Shown: piece after piece, positions 39,399 through 49,680 of the stretch
How positions within the stretch are numbered: position 1 is the stretch's first letter
How the letters are laid out: every line of letters starts with the position of its first letter
DNA from: an uncultured Chloroflexia bacterium
GTDB lineage: Bacteria; Chloroflexota; Limnocylindria; Limnocylindrales; CSP1-4
Direction: 5' to 3'
Length of the DNA stretch: 64,000 bases
Assembly (NCBI GenBank): GCA_963749705.1
Contig: CAVVNQ010000003.1
Coordinates: 256,001 to 320,000, forward strand
The notes under the pieces: generated by a model
The model's database searches: none
What the model was told of the DNA's origin: nothing
The model's input: only the letters and a program-made list of their open reading frames with translations
Program-made: the position numbers and the translations under genes

Positions 39399-40514
39399 AT
39401 GCCGTTCGTGAGGGTCGGGCCCAGCCAGTACCTGCTGGTCGGCCGTGGGGGAAAGGTCGAGAACCGAGGGTCGGCGGTGCAGGCGTTCCTGCTTCCAGGG
39501 GCCGTCTACGTCGTGGTTCCTGCATCCAAGCAGGAGGCGGCGTTCGAGTTCACGCAGGAGACCAGGGACGGGATCCCGCTCCGGTTCAAGGGGATCATCA
39601 TCTACCGGATCACGGACCCGGTCGCCGCTGCGCGCCTGTTCGACTTCAGCGATCGCTCGGGCATCTCCCAGATCACGACGCTGCTCACGGATGTCTGCCT
39701 CGGGGAGCTTCGCCACGCGGTCTCGCACATGAACATGGTGGACTGCATCGAGCAGCGGAAGACGACGCTCAGTGCGGTCGCCGAGTCTGCTTTGCAGGCG
39801 ACGATCCACGGGGAGCATGGCCAGGCGGACGATTGGGGCATCACCCTGGAGGTCGCCCAGCTGGCGCAGGTGTTCATCGTTGACAAGGAGCTCCGCCAGC
39901 AGCTCGAAGCGGAGGTCCGCAACGAGATCAAGCTCAGGAGCGAGCAGTCCAACCTCCGGACGCAGGAGGAGAACCGGCTCGCGGAGATGGCCTCCGACGG
40001 TCGTGTGCAGGAACGAAAGCTGGCCAGCGACCAGGAGAGCCTCCGCCGCGAGGAGGAGCTGGAGATGGCGCAGCTGGCTCGCCAGCGCCGGATGCAGGCC
40101 GAGGCCGTTGCCACCGAGCGCCGGGCGTTCGAGCTCGAGCAGGAGCGGTTCGAGGCCGAGATGGCACGGGACCAGGCCGCCGTGGAGATCGAGGCTCCGG
40201 TCCGTCTCCTGCGTGTCGCACGCGAGGCGGAGGTGCTCCGCGAGGAGCTGAAGATGCGCAGGCTCCAGAACCAGGTGAAGGCGCTCGACGTCGAGCACGA
40301 GCTGCTCCTCCCGCGTGCCCAGCAGGAGCTGCGGCTCGAGATGCTGCCCGTCGAACAGGCGCCGCAGATCGTCGAGGCGGCGTCACGGGTGCTGCACGGC
40401 ACGAACCTGTCGATCTACGGCGAGAACGCCCAGCTCGTCGGCCAGCTCGCGCCGGTGTTCGAGATCCTGGCCCGTGGCATCAAGGAGGCGATCCCCGGCC
40501 ATCCATCGGCATGA
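39399..40514 (+). CDS. SPFH/band-7 (flotillin-like) protein
   Basis: TQETRDGIPLRFKG..YRITDP, WGITLE, long coiled coil; GGAGG RBS. Confidence 0.8.
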   Translation: MPFVRVGPSQYLLVGRGGKVENRGSAVQAFLLPGAVYVVVPASKQEAAFEFTQETRDGIPLRFKGIIIYRITDPVAAARLFDFSDRSGISQITTLLTDVCLGELRHAVSHMNMVDCIEQRKTTLSAVAESALQATIHGEHGQADDWGITLEVAQLAQVFIVDKELRQQLEAEVRNEIKLRSEQSNLRTQEENRLAEMASDGRVQERKLASDQESLRREEELEMAQLARQRRMQAEAVATERRAFELEQERFEAEMARDQAAVEIEAPVRLLRVAREAEVLREELKMRRLQNQVKALDVEHELLLPRAQQELRLEMLPVEQAPQIVEAASRVLHGTNLSIYGENAQLVGQLAPVFEILARGIKEAIPGHPSA

Positions 40515-40555
40515 GGGGGTCAGGTGGGGCCCCGGCCCGGCCGGACTCCGCGGCG

Positions 40556-41317
40556 CTATGGACTGGGGATGGACGGGATCGGGCTGGCTTCGCAGTCGCG
40601 GGCGAGACGCTCCAGCGCCCTTCGCTCCGCTGCGTCGATGGCGAGCTGCCAGCGGGTCTTCACCGCGACCCAGTCCACGGCGTACGCACACCGGGCTGAT
40701 GCGAGCGGCGGCAGCCAGTGGGCGGGGTCCTGGTCGCCCTTGCTGCGATTGGACGACGCGCTGACCGCCAGCAGCGCCCACGGCACCCCGAGGTCGTTGG
40801 CAAACGCCTCCCGGCGCTGCGGCGTCCAGCCGTAGGCCCCGGAGTCCCATGCCTCGGCGAGCGCGACGACATGGTCGATGTCGAGCTCGGATGCATCGGT
40901 GACGTCGAGGCCGTCGTAGAGGCTGATCCACTCACCCCCTGAAAGCGAGCATCCGGGCCCGACCTCCGGGGCCACGATCGCCTCGGCGATCAGCACCTCC
41001 CGGCGCGTGTCGCAGCCGTCGCCATCCGCATCGATCCAGTGGACGAACAGGTCCCGGGAGTAGCCGCGGCGATGCTCCGGCGCGACCACGAGCTGATCGA
41101 TGAGCATCGTCAGGCTGCCGGGTCCAGGTTGCGATCCCGCGACCGATGGCGCCGGGGCTTCCGTGTGCCTCGCCGTCCCGGACGAGACTGCCGCGGTGGG
41201 CGTCGCGCGTGCTGCGGCCGGTTCCGACGGCGCTTCGCCGCGCAGGCCGATGGCGATGATGACGAGCAGGATCACGACAGCCGCGACTGCGAGGAGGAGA
41301 CGGCTGCGTGGCGACAT
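40556..41317 (-). CDS. Secreted HNH endonuclease (DUF1524 family)
   Basis: Signal anchor; YSRDLF.HW, CDTRREVL, DIDHVVALAEAWDSGA, NRSKGDQDP. Confidence 0.88.
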   Translation of the reverse strand: MSPRSRLLLAVAAVVILLVIIAIGLRGEAPSEPAAARATPTAAVSSGTARHTEAPAPSVAGSQPGPGSLTMLIDQLVVAPEHRRGYSRDLFVHWIDADGDGCDTRREVLIAEAIVAPEVGPGCSLSGGEWISLYDGLDVTDASELDIDHVVALAEAWDSGAYGWTPQRREAFANDLGVPWALLAVSASSNRSKGDQDPAHWLPPLASARCAYAVDWVAVKTRWQLAIDAAERRALERLARDCEASPIPSIPSP

Positions 41318-41435
41318 GCGATGCACTCTGGCTGGGTAGATCCCTGGCAAGCCGGGTGGGGCGCCAGGTCGCCGGCTCGCCCACCGCTCCGCGACCCCGA
41401 TGCTACCCGGTCATCGGCCGCATAGACTCGCGATC

Positions 41436-43508
41436 ATGAACGATCGTCCCGAGCTCCCCCCGACCCCGCGCCGCCCCGTCGTGGACACCTATCACGGCGT
41501 CGAGGTGGTCGATGACTACCGGTGGCTCGAGGATCGCTCCGACCCCGAGGTCCGGGCGTGGAGCGATGCCCAGAACCGGGCGTCGCGCGCGCACCTCGAT
41601 GCGCTGCCCTCGCACCCGATCCTCCGCGAGCGGGTCGCCGAGCTCCTCGGGACGTCCGTCCGCTACGGGCCCATCGGCTGGCGCGACGGTCGCCTGTTCG
41701 CCCTCAAGCTCCAGCCACCGCTCCAGCAGGTGCTCCTCGTCGCGATCGCCGATCTGGACGACCTGTCGAGCGAGCAGGTCGTCGTCGACCCGAACGCCCT
41801 GGACCCGACCGGGGCCACCGCGATCGACTGGGCCGTCCCCTCGCTCGACGGCGCGCTCGTCGCCGTCTCGCTGTCGGTGGGCGGCAGCGAGGACGGCACG
41901 CTCCATGTGTTCGACACCCGGACCGCGCAGGAGGTCGGCGAGCGGATCCCGAGGGTCCAGTACGGAACGGCGAGCGGCAGCGTCGCGTGGCTGGAGGGAT
42001 CGCGATCCCTGCTCTACACACGCTATCCGAGCAAGGGCGAGCGGGACGCGGCCGACCTCAACTTCTACCAGCAGGTCTGGCGCCACGAGCTCGGCTCGTC
42101 GGTGGCGTCGGATTCGTACGAGGTGGGCGGCGACTTCCCGCGGATCGCCGAGGTGTCGATGACGTCCTCGGAGGACGGGCGGCGCGTGTTCGCCCGGGTC
42201 GCCAACGGCGACGGTGGTGACGCCGAGATATGGCTGCGCGACCCGGACGGCCGTTGGCGTGGCCTGTTCACGTTCGAGGACCGGGTCGTGGGCGGGGCGT
42301 TCGGGCCCGATGCGCTGTGGCTCCGCAGCCTCGCCGATGCGCCGAACGGGAAGCTCCTCCGCCTGTCCCTGGACGGCGACCTCGCGTCCGCGACGACCGT
42401 CATCGCCGAGACGGGCGGGTCGATCGGCGCGTGGGCGGTCACCCGCAACCGCATCTATGTGGTTCGCCGCGAGGGCGGCCCGTCGCGGCTCGAGGCGTTC
42501 GACATGGATGGGCGGCTGGTCGGGACGGCGCCGGGTCCCGAGGTGTCCGCGGTCCGGTCGCTCGTGCGACTCGACGGCGACGAGGTGCTGTTCAGCCGCG
42601 TCAGCTACACCGAGCCCGAGGCGTTCTTCCGCTGGTCGGGTGAGGGCGAGCCGCGGCCGACCGCTCTGCGGGTCACCTCGAACGCCGATTTCTCGGGCGT
42701 GGAGGTCGTCCGCGATGAGGCGGTGGCGAAGGACGGGACGAGGATCCCGATCAGCATCCTCCGTCCGCGCGGGATCGCGCTCGACGGCGCCATTCCCACG
42801 CTCCTGTACGGGTACGGCGGATACGGTGTCAGCCTGGATCCCGTGTTCGATCCGGTCCTCCTCGCGTGGCTCGAGCAGGGCGCGGTCTACGCGGTCGCCC
42901 ACATCCGCGGCGGCGGCGAGTTCGGCGATGCGTGGCATCGGGCGGGCAACCTGGCCCGCAAGCAGACGGTGTTCGACGACTTCATCACGTGCGCCGAGCG
43001 GCTCATCGAGCTCGGCTACACGACCACGGAGCGGCTGGCGATCATGGGTGCGTCAAACGGCGGCCTCCTGATGGGCGCCGTGCTGACCCAGCGACCGGAC
43101 CTGTTCCGGGCGGTCGCCGCGAACGTCGGCGTGCTGGATGCGATCCGGGTCGAGAACGACGACAACGGCGCGTTCAACGTCACCGAGTTCGGCACCGTCA
43201 CCGACCCTGACCAGTTCCGGGCGATCCTCGCGTACTCGCCCACCGCGAACGTGCGCGACGGCGTGGCGTACCCGGCCGTGCTCCTGTCGACGGGGGCGAA
43301 CGACCCGCGCGTCGACCCCTACCACTCCCGGAAGATGGCGGCTCGCCTCCAGGCTGCGACGTCCTCGGGTCACCCGATCCTGCTGCGGACCACGGACAAG
43401 GCCGGCCACGGGATGGGGTCCGGCCTCGACGAGACCATCGCGCTCCGGTCAGACCAGCTCGCGTTCCTGCTCGATCAGCTCGGCGCGGAGGTCAGCACAC
43501 GGGGGTGA
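41436..43508 (+). CDS. Prolyl oligopeptidase (S9A)
   Basis: DDYRWLED, YGYGGY, RGGGEFG, GASNGGLL, NDPRVDP, AGHG. Confidence 0.93.
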   Translation: MNDRPELPPTPRRPVVDTYHGVEVVDDYRWLEDRSDPEVRAWSDAQNRASRAHLDALPSHPILRERVAELLGTSVRYGPIGWRDGRLFALKLQPPLQQVLLVAIADLDDLSSEQVVVDPNALDPTGATAIDWAVPSLDGALVAVSLSVGGSEDGTLHVFDTRTAQEVGERIPRVQYGTASGSVAWLEGSRSLLYTRYPSKGERDAADLNFYQQVWRHELGSSVASDSYEVGGDFPRIAEVSMTSSEDGRRVFARVANGDGGDAEIWLRDPDGRWRGLFTFEDRVVGGAFGPDALWLRSLADAPNGKLLRLSLDGDLASATTVIAETGGSIGAWAVTRNRIYVVRREGGPSRLEAFDMDGRLVGTAPGPEVSAVRSLVRLDGDEVLFSRVSYTEPEAFFRWSGEGEPRPTALRVTSNADFSGVEVVRDEAVAKDGTRIPISILRPRGIALDGAIPTLLYGYGGYGVSLDPVFDPVLLAWLEQGAVYAVAHIRGGGEFGDAWHRAGNLARKQTVFDDFITCAERLIELGYTTTERLAIMGASNGGLLMGAVLTQRPDLFRAVAANVGVLDAIRVENDDNGAFNVTEFGTVTDPDQFRAILAYSPTANVRDGVAYPAVLLSTGANDPRVDPYHSRKMAARLQAATSSGHPILLRTTDKAGHGMGSGLDETIALRSDQLAFLLDQLGAEVSTRG

Positions 43509-43554
43509 GGACCGGTCCGCGTCGCAGGCTGCAGGCGCCGGGCGTCAGCGCGAT

Positions 43555-44487
43555 ATGCAGGTGACGAGGATCCGGAGGCTCGCGCTGTTCGCCGGCGTTG
43601 CGGGCGCCGTTGCGATCGCAGCAGGTGTCGCGATCGTCGATCCGTCCCTCTGGCCCCGGCTGCTCGCCCGCCTCCGCCAGCCGGCACCGGTGACAGCGCT
43701 TGCGTCGCAGCCCGCCGTCGACGCGACCTCGATCCCCAGCGCGGTGCTCGGACGGTCGATGGCGATCGAGCGGTGGATCCCGGCCGGGACTGCGCCCCGC
43801 GACCGGCTCCCCGTCCTGTACCTGTTCCATGGCGTCGGCGGCAATGCCTCGTCGTGGTTCTCCGGGTCTGGCGGCGACGGCGTGGGTGTGGCGGGGGTCG
43901 CCCGCGACCTCGTCGCGGCCGGGCGGATCCGGCCGGTGGTGATCGTCTCGGCCGACATCGACAACAGCTATGGCGTCGATTCATCGCCGGCGCCCGATGG
44001 CTATGACCACGGCGCGTACGAGACCTACCTGCGCGACGAGCTGATCGCGGCCGTCGAGTCCCAGCACCCCGTGTCCCGGGTCGCCGCGGACCGCTACGTC
44101 GGCGGGCTCTCGATGGGGGCGTTCGCCGCGGCCCACCTCGCGCTCCGGGATCCCGGAGCGTTCGCCGGCATCGGCCTGCTGAGCCCGGCGATCTTCCAGG
44201 AGCTTCCGGCGGATCGCTCCTGGGAGTACGGCTCCAATCCCGCCGCCAACGACCCGCTCCGTTTGGCCGAAGGCGCGGACGTGCGAGCCTGGCGGGCCTT
44301 TGTTGGGGTTGGGAACGACGACTACGACTGGATCCGGGCGTCGGCCCCCGTCCTGGCGCAGCGGCTGCGCGACGGCGGTGCCGCGACGGAAGAGCAGGCG
44401 GTTCTCGGGGGACACGAAGTCACCACCTGGCGGGCGCTGGCGGCGCCGATGCTCGAGTGGCTGTTTGGGACCGACGGCGCGCCGTAG
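43555..44487 (+). CDS. Membrane-anchored alpha/beta-hydrolase esterase
   Basis: PVLYLFHG, GLSMG nucleophile elbow, GGHEV..W. Confidence 0.85.
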   Translation: MQVTRIRRLALFAGVAGAVAIAAGVAIVDPSLWPRLLARLRQPAPVTALASQPAVDATSIPSAVLGRSMAIERWIPAGTAPRDRLPVLYLFHGVGGNASSWFSGSGGDGVGVAGVARDLVAAGRIRPVVIVSADIDNSYGVDSSPAPDGYDHGAYETYLRDELIAAVESQHPVSRVAADRYVGGLSMGAFAAAHLALRDPGAFAGIGLLSPAIFQELPADRSWEYGSNPAANDPLRLAEGADVRAWRAFVGVGNDDYDWIRASAPVLAQRLRDGGAATEEQAVLGGHEVTTWRALAAPMLEWLFGTDGAP

Positions 44488-44717
44488 CCGCGCTCCCCGG
44501 GTTCGGCTGCGGATGTACTCCCCGACGAGCGCGTCTCTCGCATGCTCGCGATGCCGACGAACGTCGAGTCCCGACCGGGCGGCGTGGCATGAGCCACAGG
44601 GCCGAGGGCGATGATGAATAGCGCAGAGACGGCGACGATCAGCGCCGCGCTCCATAGCAGCCGCTCTTCCGCCCAATCCAGCGTCCCGTTCGACGCCCGT
44701 ACGAAGAAACGCCGCCG

Positions 44718-45284
44718 TCACTCGATCGGGGGAGGCCGCTGCATCACGAACCCTGAACCTGACATTACTGCGTGGACGTCCCCGGGAAGAAGGAGCCGCC
44801 AAGCCTCACCGGCCGAGAGCGGATCCGGCGGCTCGATCTCCAGTGAGAATGGGCCACGGAACCGGAGATGGAGGCCACCACCCTCGGTGACGGTCGCCTC
44901 CTCGACCGTCCGCTCATCAACGGCTGTATTCGCCAAGTAACGTCCGAGGAGCTCGTCACGTAATGTCCGCGACCCCAGATCGGGGTCAAACGGAGCATCA
45001 GGATCCTGCGTCGTGGGCTTGAGGATGTCGTCGTACGTGACGAGCGGGACCTCGGCGTCGATGAGTCTCCACCAACTCTGAATGTGAAGCCGGTACTCGC
45101 CGATCGCGCGATGATGACCGTGGCGATCAACAATCGGTGTCTCGATGCCGAAGTCGAAGATCTGCATGTCCGCGGCCCGGCGTGCGCCGAACATCGGCTT
45201 CCCGACCAGCACTTGGATCACCTCGGCCGGCGGCGGTTCGCCGGCTGACTCTCCGCGGAGCGCTTGATCACGCATGTCGAACAA
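44718..45284 (-). CDS. Hypothetical protein (lower GC3)
   Basis: RRAADMQIFDFG, GEYRLHIQSWWRL, EAWRLL pattern; start uncertain. Confidence 0.6.
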   Translation of the reverse strand: MFDMRDQALRGESAGEPPPAEVIQVLVGKPMFGARRAADMQIFDFGIETPIVDRHGHHRAIGEYRLHIQSWWRLIDAEVPLVTYDDILKPTTQDPDAPFDPDLGSRTLRDELLGRYLANTAVDERTVEEATVTEGGGLHLRFRGPFSLEIEPPDPLSAGEAWRLLLPGDVHAVMSGSGFVMQRPPPIE

Positions 45285-45355
45285 CGATAGGACGATCGTG
45301 CGCGCGGCCGGGGATCGTGACGCCGCGGGCGAGTGATCGTCGCGACGTCCCTCGA

Positions 45356-45844
45356 CTAGCCTTCCGACTCCCCCTCCGGGCTGTCCTGGATCCGGTGGAG
45401 CAGGCCGATGTAGGCGCGCAGCTCGTCGTCGGCGAGCACGCTCATCCAGGTCTTCTCATTGCGGTGGACGAGGGTCCGAACCGCCTGCAGCACCTCGAGC
45501 CCCTGGGGCGTGATGTCGACCAGGATGCTGCGACGGTCAGCGGGGTTCGCCGTCCGGCGCACGAAGCCGCGTCGCTCGAGCGAGTCGAGCAGCCCCGTCA
45601 CCGTCGCCCGGGTGACGATCAGGCGCTCCCCGAGCTCGGACGGCGACATCCGTCCGTGGTCGCGGAGCATCCCGAGCACCAGACCACCCGCGGCGCTGAC
45701 GCCCAGCGGCCGGAGCAGGCGACCGATCCGCTCGAACAGCAGGTCGGCCGTCCGCATCGTGTTCATGACCGCCTCGGTCGCGAGGATGTTCCCGTCGGGC
45801 GTCTGGTCATAGAAGTCGTCGGGCATCCGGATCTTTGCACCCAT
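45356..45844 (-). CDS. MarR-family regulator
   Basis: PSELGERLIVTRATVTGLLDSLERRGFVRR..NPADRRS..ITPQG. Confidence 0.9.
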   Translation of the reverse strand: MGAKIRMPDDFYDQTPDGNILATEAVMNTMRTADLLFERIGRLLRPLGVSAAGGLVLGMLRDHGRMSPSELGERLIVTRATVTGLLDSLERRGFVRRTANPADRRSILVDITPQGLEVLQAVRTLVHRNEKTWMSVLADDELRAYIGLLHRIQDSPEGESEG

Positions 45845-45850
45845 ATGCCC

Positions 45851-45901
45851 ATCATACGGGTGTTGACAATACGGCGGCTAACTATATACTTAGGGGCCTA
45901 A
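45851..45901. promoter_or_regulatory. Divergent promoters with MarR-type operator
   Basis: TTGACA(45863)-16-TATACT(45885) on plus; TATGAT -10 on minus; palindrome TTAGG-GG-CCTAA at 45890-45901. Confidence 0.65.
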
Positions 45902-45958
45902 CGACCGATGACGGCGTCGTCACCGGTCACCCGAGCAACGAGCACAGGGAGCGTCCCC

Positions 45959-46243
45959 ATGGCCAAGGTCATCGTCCAGCACCACGTCGCCGACTACGAC
46001 CGCTGGTTCCCCGTCTACACCGAGCACGAGGCCGTCCGGCGGCAGCACGGGGGCACCGGCCACGTCATCACGCGCGAGGCATCTGATCCGAACTCGCTGG
46101 TCGTCGTCAACGAGTTCGCGACGCTCGACGGCGCCCGCGCGTTCTCCACCGACCCTTCGCTTCCCGAGGCCATGCAGCGGGCGGGGGTCGACAGCGCGCC
46201 CCTGGTCTGGATCGTCGACGACGCGGAAGCCCGCGCGTACTGA
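45959..46243 (+). CDS. Small ferredoxin-like/ABM-type ('cyclase') protein
   Basis: HHVADYDRW..Y, DPNSLVV, AMQRAGV..P; GGGAG RBS. Confidence 0.8.
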   Translation: MAKVIVQHHVADYDRWFPVYTEHEAVRRQHGGTGHVITREASDPNSLVVVNEFATLDGARAFSTDPSLPEAMQRAGVDSAPLVWIVDDAEARAY

Positions 46244-46791
46244 GCCTCGAGCCGCGCCCGCCGGGGAATCCGATCACCGGTCGGGCGCGGCAACCTCACC
46301 GGACCCCACGCTGGCAGACGACGCCCTTGGCACGGCGCGACCTTCGTCTGCGCGCCCGCCACCCCGATCGGCTCTTGCGCGCAGATCCGCGGCCTTGCGG
46401 GCCTTGGCTGACAGGATCTCGCCCGGACGCAGTTGCGTGCATCCTGGAAGCCGATGACTAGGATGTACTCGTGTGCTCCGAGAACGCATTCACCCCCCTG
46501 AGCTTGAGTGTCTGACCCGCCATATACCGTGACCTCAGAACCCCGGAGGTCGCGGGGGCCTGCGTCCGGGCCCAGAGCGATGTCTGGACCATCTTCCAAG
46601 AAGCGCCATGGAGCCACCGCCACTGCCGGCTCCCATGAATGGGGTGGGATCCGGCGATCCCCGCATGGTAGGAAGTGTCCGAGTTCCATCTTCGGGAGCG
46701 AGCGAATCCATCAGATCTCCAGCGTAGCGGTCTCGAGGCTCCGGCCGTGACCGGCAACTTCAGATCTGCCTTCTACTACCCCGGCCCACCG

Positions 46792-46845
46792 TTGACGCTC
46801 TGCGAGCGGCGGTCTAGACTCAATCCCGACGAAATCGGTCGGATT
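46792..46845 (+). promoter_or_regulatory. Promoter TTGACG-17-TAGACT followed by an IscR type-1-like operator
   Basis: AATCCCGAC-GAAATCG-GTCGGATT at 46822-46845 covers the presumed +1 of the rrf2-suf operon. Confidence 0.75.
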
Positions 46846-46919
46846 TCCCCGGCGCGGCGGCCTCCTCGCCGCGGGCGTCCCCCCGGGGAACCTCCGACCG
46901 GACCCGAGAGGACCGAACC

Positions 46920-47465
46920 CTGACCACCCGCGCGACCTTCCACGGATCCGGCGCCGTCGCCTTCAGCACGAAGGGCGAGTACGGCGTGCGGCTGATGGTC
47001 CAGCTGGGCCGCCGGTATGGCACCGGCCCCGCCAGCCTGGCCGAGATCGCGCTGGACGAGGACCTGCCGCGCGCCTACCTGGAGCAGCTCGTCACGAGCC
47101 TCCGGGACGCCGGCCTGGTCGTGTCCACGCGCGGCGCGCGCGGCGGCTACGAGCTTGGCTCCCCGCCCGACAGCATCCGGATGAGCGACGTCCTGCGCGC
47201 GCTGGAAGGCCCGATCGCCCCGATGATCTGCGCGTCGGACGAGCACGAGCACACCACCTGCGACCGCTCGGCCCGATGCACGGTCAACGTCCTGTGGGTG
47301 GCGGTCCGCGACGCGATCTCGGGCACGCTCGACGCCATGACGCTGGCGGACCTCGTCCCCGCCCGGCACATCACCCTCGACCCCCGCGACCCGGCCGCGT
47401 CCCCGGCCGTGGTCGCGCCGGGGTCGGCCCCCAGTACCGCAACCCTCCAGGGAGCCTCTTCGTGA
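46920..47465 (+). CDS. Rrf2-family regulator (IscR/SufR-like)
   Basis: [33 protein letters not shown], three Cys; CTG start inferred. Confidence 0.88.
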   Translation: MTTRATFHGSGAVAFSTKGEYGVRLMVQLGRRYGTGPASLAEIALDEDLPRAYLEQLVTSLRDAGLVVSTRGARGGYELGSPPDSIRMSDVLRALEGPIAPMICASDEHEHTTCDRSARCTVNVLWVAVRDAISGTLDAMTLADLVPARHITLDPRDPAASPAVVAPGSAPSTATLQGASS

Positions 47466-48343
47466 CCGATACCAACGACCGCGAGCTCGTCATCTCGGAC
47501 CTTCGGGTCGCGCCGATCGCGCACCCGGAGACGGAGATCCTCCAGGGGATCAACCTCACGATCCGCAAGGGCGAGACCCACGCGATCATGGGTCCCAACG
47601 GCTCCGGCAAGACGACCCTCGCCTACGCGCTCATGGGTCACCCCGCCTACGTCGTCAAGAGCGGCGAGGTCACCTGGAAGGGCCGCAACCTGCTGGCGCT
47701 GTCCCCGGACAAGCGGTCCCGCCTCGGGCTGTTCCTCGCCTTCCAGTACCCGACCGCGATCCCCGGGCTGAGCGTGGCGAGCTTCGTCCGCAGCGCGCTC
47801 AACGCCAAGCTCCAGGGCATCGACAAGGACCCCGACATCGATCCCACCGACAGCATCAAGGGCGGGGTCTCGATGCTCGAGTTCCGGCGCAAGATGCGGG
47901 AGAAGATGGCGCTCCTCAAGATGGAGGACAGCTTCGCCAGCCGGTACGTCAACGATGGCTTCTCGGGCGGTGAGAAGAAGCGGCTGGAGATGCTCCAGAT
48001 GGCGATGCTCGAGCCCGAGTTCGCGGTGCTCGACGAGACAGACTCGGGGCTGGACATCGACGCCCTGCGCATCGTGGCCGAGGGCGTCAACGCGATGCTC
48101 AACCCGGAGATGGGCGTTCTCCTGATCACGCACTACCAGCGGCTGCTCAACTACATCACGCCCGATTACGTCCACGTGCTGGCGGCCGGCCGGATCGTGA
48201 CCTCCGGTGGCAAGGAGCTCGCGATCCGACTCGAGGACGAGGGCTACGGCCCGATCCTGCGCGAGAACGGCCTGGCGACCGACGTTCCCGACGAGGCGCT
48301 CGCCATCCCCCTGGAGCCCGAGGTCGCCGGCGCGAGCCGGTAG
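47462..48343 (+). CDS. sufC: Fe-S assembly ATPase SufC
   Basis: [50 protein letters not shown]. Confidence 0.95.
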   Translation: MTDTNDRELVISDLRVAPIAHPETEILQGINLTIRKGETHAIMGPNGSGKTTLAYALMGHPAYVVKSGEVTWKGRNLLALSPDKRSRLGLFLAFQYPTAIPGLSVASFVRSALNAKLQGIDKDPDIDPTDSIKGGVSMLEFRRKMREKMALLKMEDSFASRYVNDGFSGGEKKRLEMLQMAMLEPEFAVLDETDSGLDIDALRIVAEGVNAMLNPEMGVLLITHYQRLLNYITPDYVHVLAAGRIVTSGGKELAIRLEDEGYGPILRENGLATDVPDEALAIPLEPEVAGASR

Positions 48344-48349
48344 CGCGCG

Positions 48350-49673
48350 ATGACCACCGAGGCACGCCCGCTCGCGGCCGCCGCTGTCGGGGACGCGACC
48401 CCGTCCCCGTCAATCGGCGCGCACCACTGCGGCACTGGACGCCGCGCGGATCCGACGCGACTTTCCGATCCTCGACCAGCAGGTCCACGGCCACCGGTTC
48501 GCCTACCTGGACTCCGCGGCGACCTCGCAGAAGCCGCTCGCGGTGATCGAGGCGGTGGATGCCTACTACCGGGAGTACAACGCCAACGTCCATCGCGGGA
48601 TCTACACCATCGGCGAGCGGGCGACGGCCGCCTACGAGGCGGCGCGCGTCAAGGTCGCGACGCTGATCGGGGCGCCGGACGCGCACGAGGTCGTGAACGT
48701 CCGCAACGCGACCGAGGCGATCAACCTCGTGGCGTACTCGTGGGGGCGCAAGAACATCGGCCGCGGCGACGTGATCGTGCTGACCGAGATGGAGCACCAC
48801 GCCAACCTCGTCCCGTGGCAGCTGCTCGCCCAGGAGAAGGACGCGGACCTCGAGTTCATCCCGATCACCGACGACGGCGTCCTCCGCCAGGACGTGTTCG
48901 AGGTGCTGTTGCGGCTCAAGCCCAAGCTGGTCGCGTTCGCGCACGTGTCGAACACGCTGGGCACGATCAACCCCGTCGAGGACATGACCCGCCGGGCGCA
49001 CGAGGCCGGCGCGCTGGTCCTGATCGACGGCGCCCAGGCGGTGCCGCACCTGCCCGTCGACGTGGCCGCGATCGGCTGCGACTTCTACGTGTTCAGCGGA
49101 CACAAGGCGCTCGCGCCCATGGGCTCCGGCGCGCTGTGGGCCCGCCGCGAGCTGCTCGAGGCGATGCCGCCGTTCCTGGGCGGCGGGGAGATGATCCGCG
49201 AGGTCCACCTGCGCCGATCGGAATGGAACACCGTCCCGCACAAGTTCGAGGCCGGCACGCCGGACGTGTCCGCCGCCATCGGTCTCGGCGTCGCCGCCGA
49301 CTACCTGCTCGAGCTGGGCATGGACAAGGTGTTCGCGCACGAGCAGGCGCTCGCGGCGTACGCCCTCGATGTCCTGGCGCGCGAGGTCCCGGGGATCGAG
49401 CTGTACGGGCCGCCCGCAGCGCAGCGGGTCGGCGTCGTGTCGTTCAACCTGCCGGGTGTCCACCCGCATGACGTGGCGCAGGTGCTGGACCGCTTCGGGG
49501 TGGCCGTCCGCGCCGGGCACCACTGCACGATGCCGCTCCACGAGCGGCTGGATCTCACGGCGACGGCGCGGGCCTCGTTCCAGGTGTACACGACGCGGGA
49601 CGACATCGACGCGCTCGTCAACGGCCTTCGCGAGGTGGTCAAGCTCTTCGGCGCTCCACCGTCGCTATCCTGA
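48350..49673 (+). CDS. sufS: Cysteine desulfurase SufS (frame break between ATG 48350 and the conserved frame starting about 48435)
   Basis: IRRDFPIL, YLDSAATSQKP, NVHRG, FSGHK, RAGHHC; the conserved frame has no ATG/GTG/TTG upstream of LDAARIRRDFP. Confidence 0.9.
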
Positions 49674-49680
49674 GCACGGC

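Noticed and set aside
40556-41317. HNH nuclease as a mobile-element or defence gene
   Set aside because: The signal anchor and DUF1524-type motifs fit a common secreted nuclease; no mobility context
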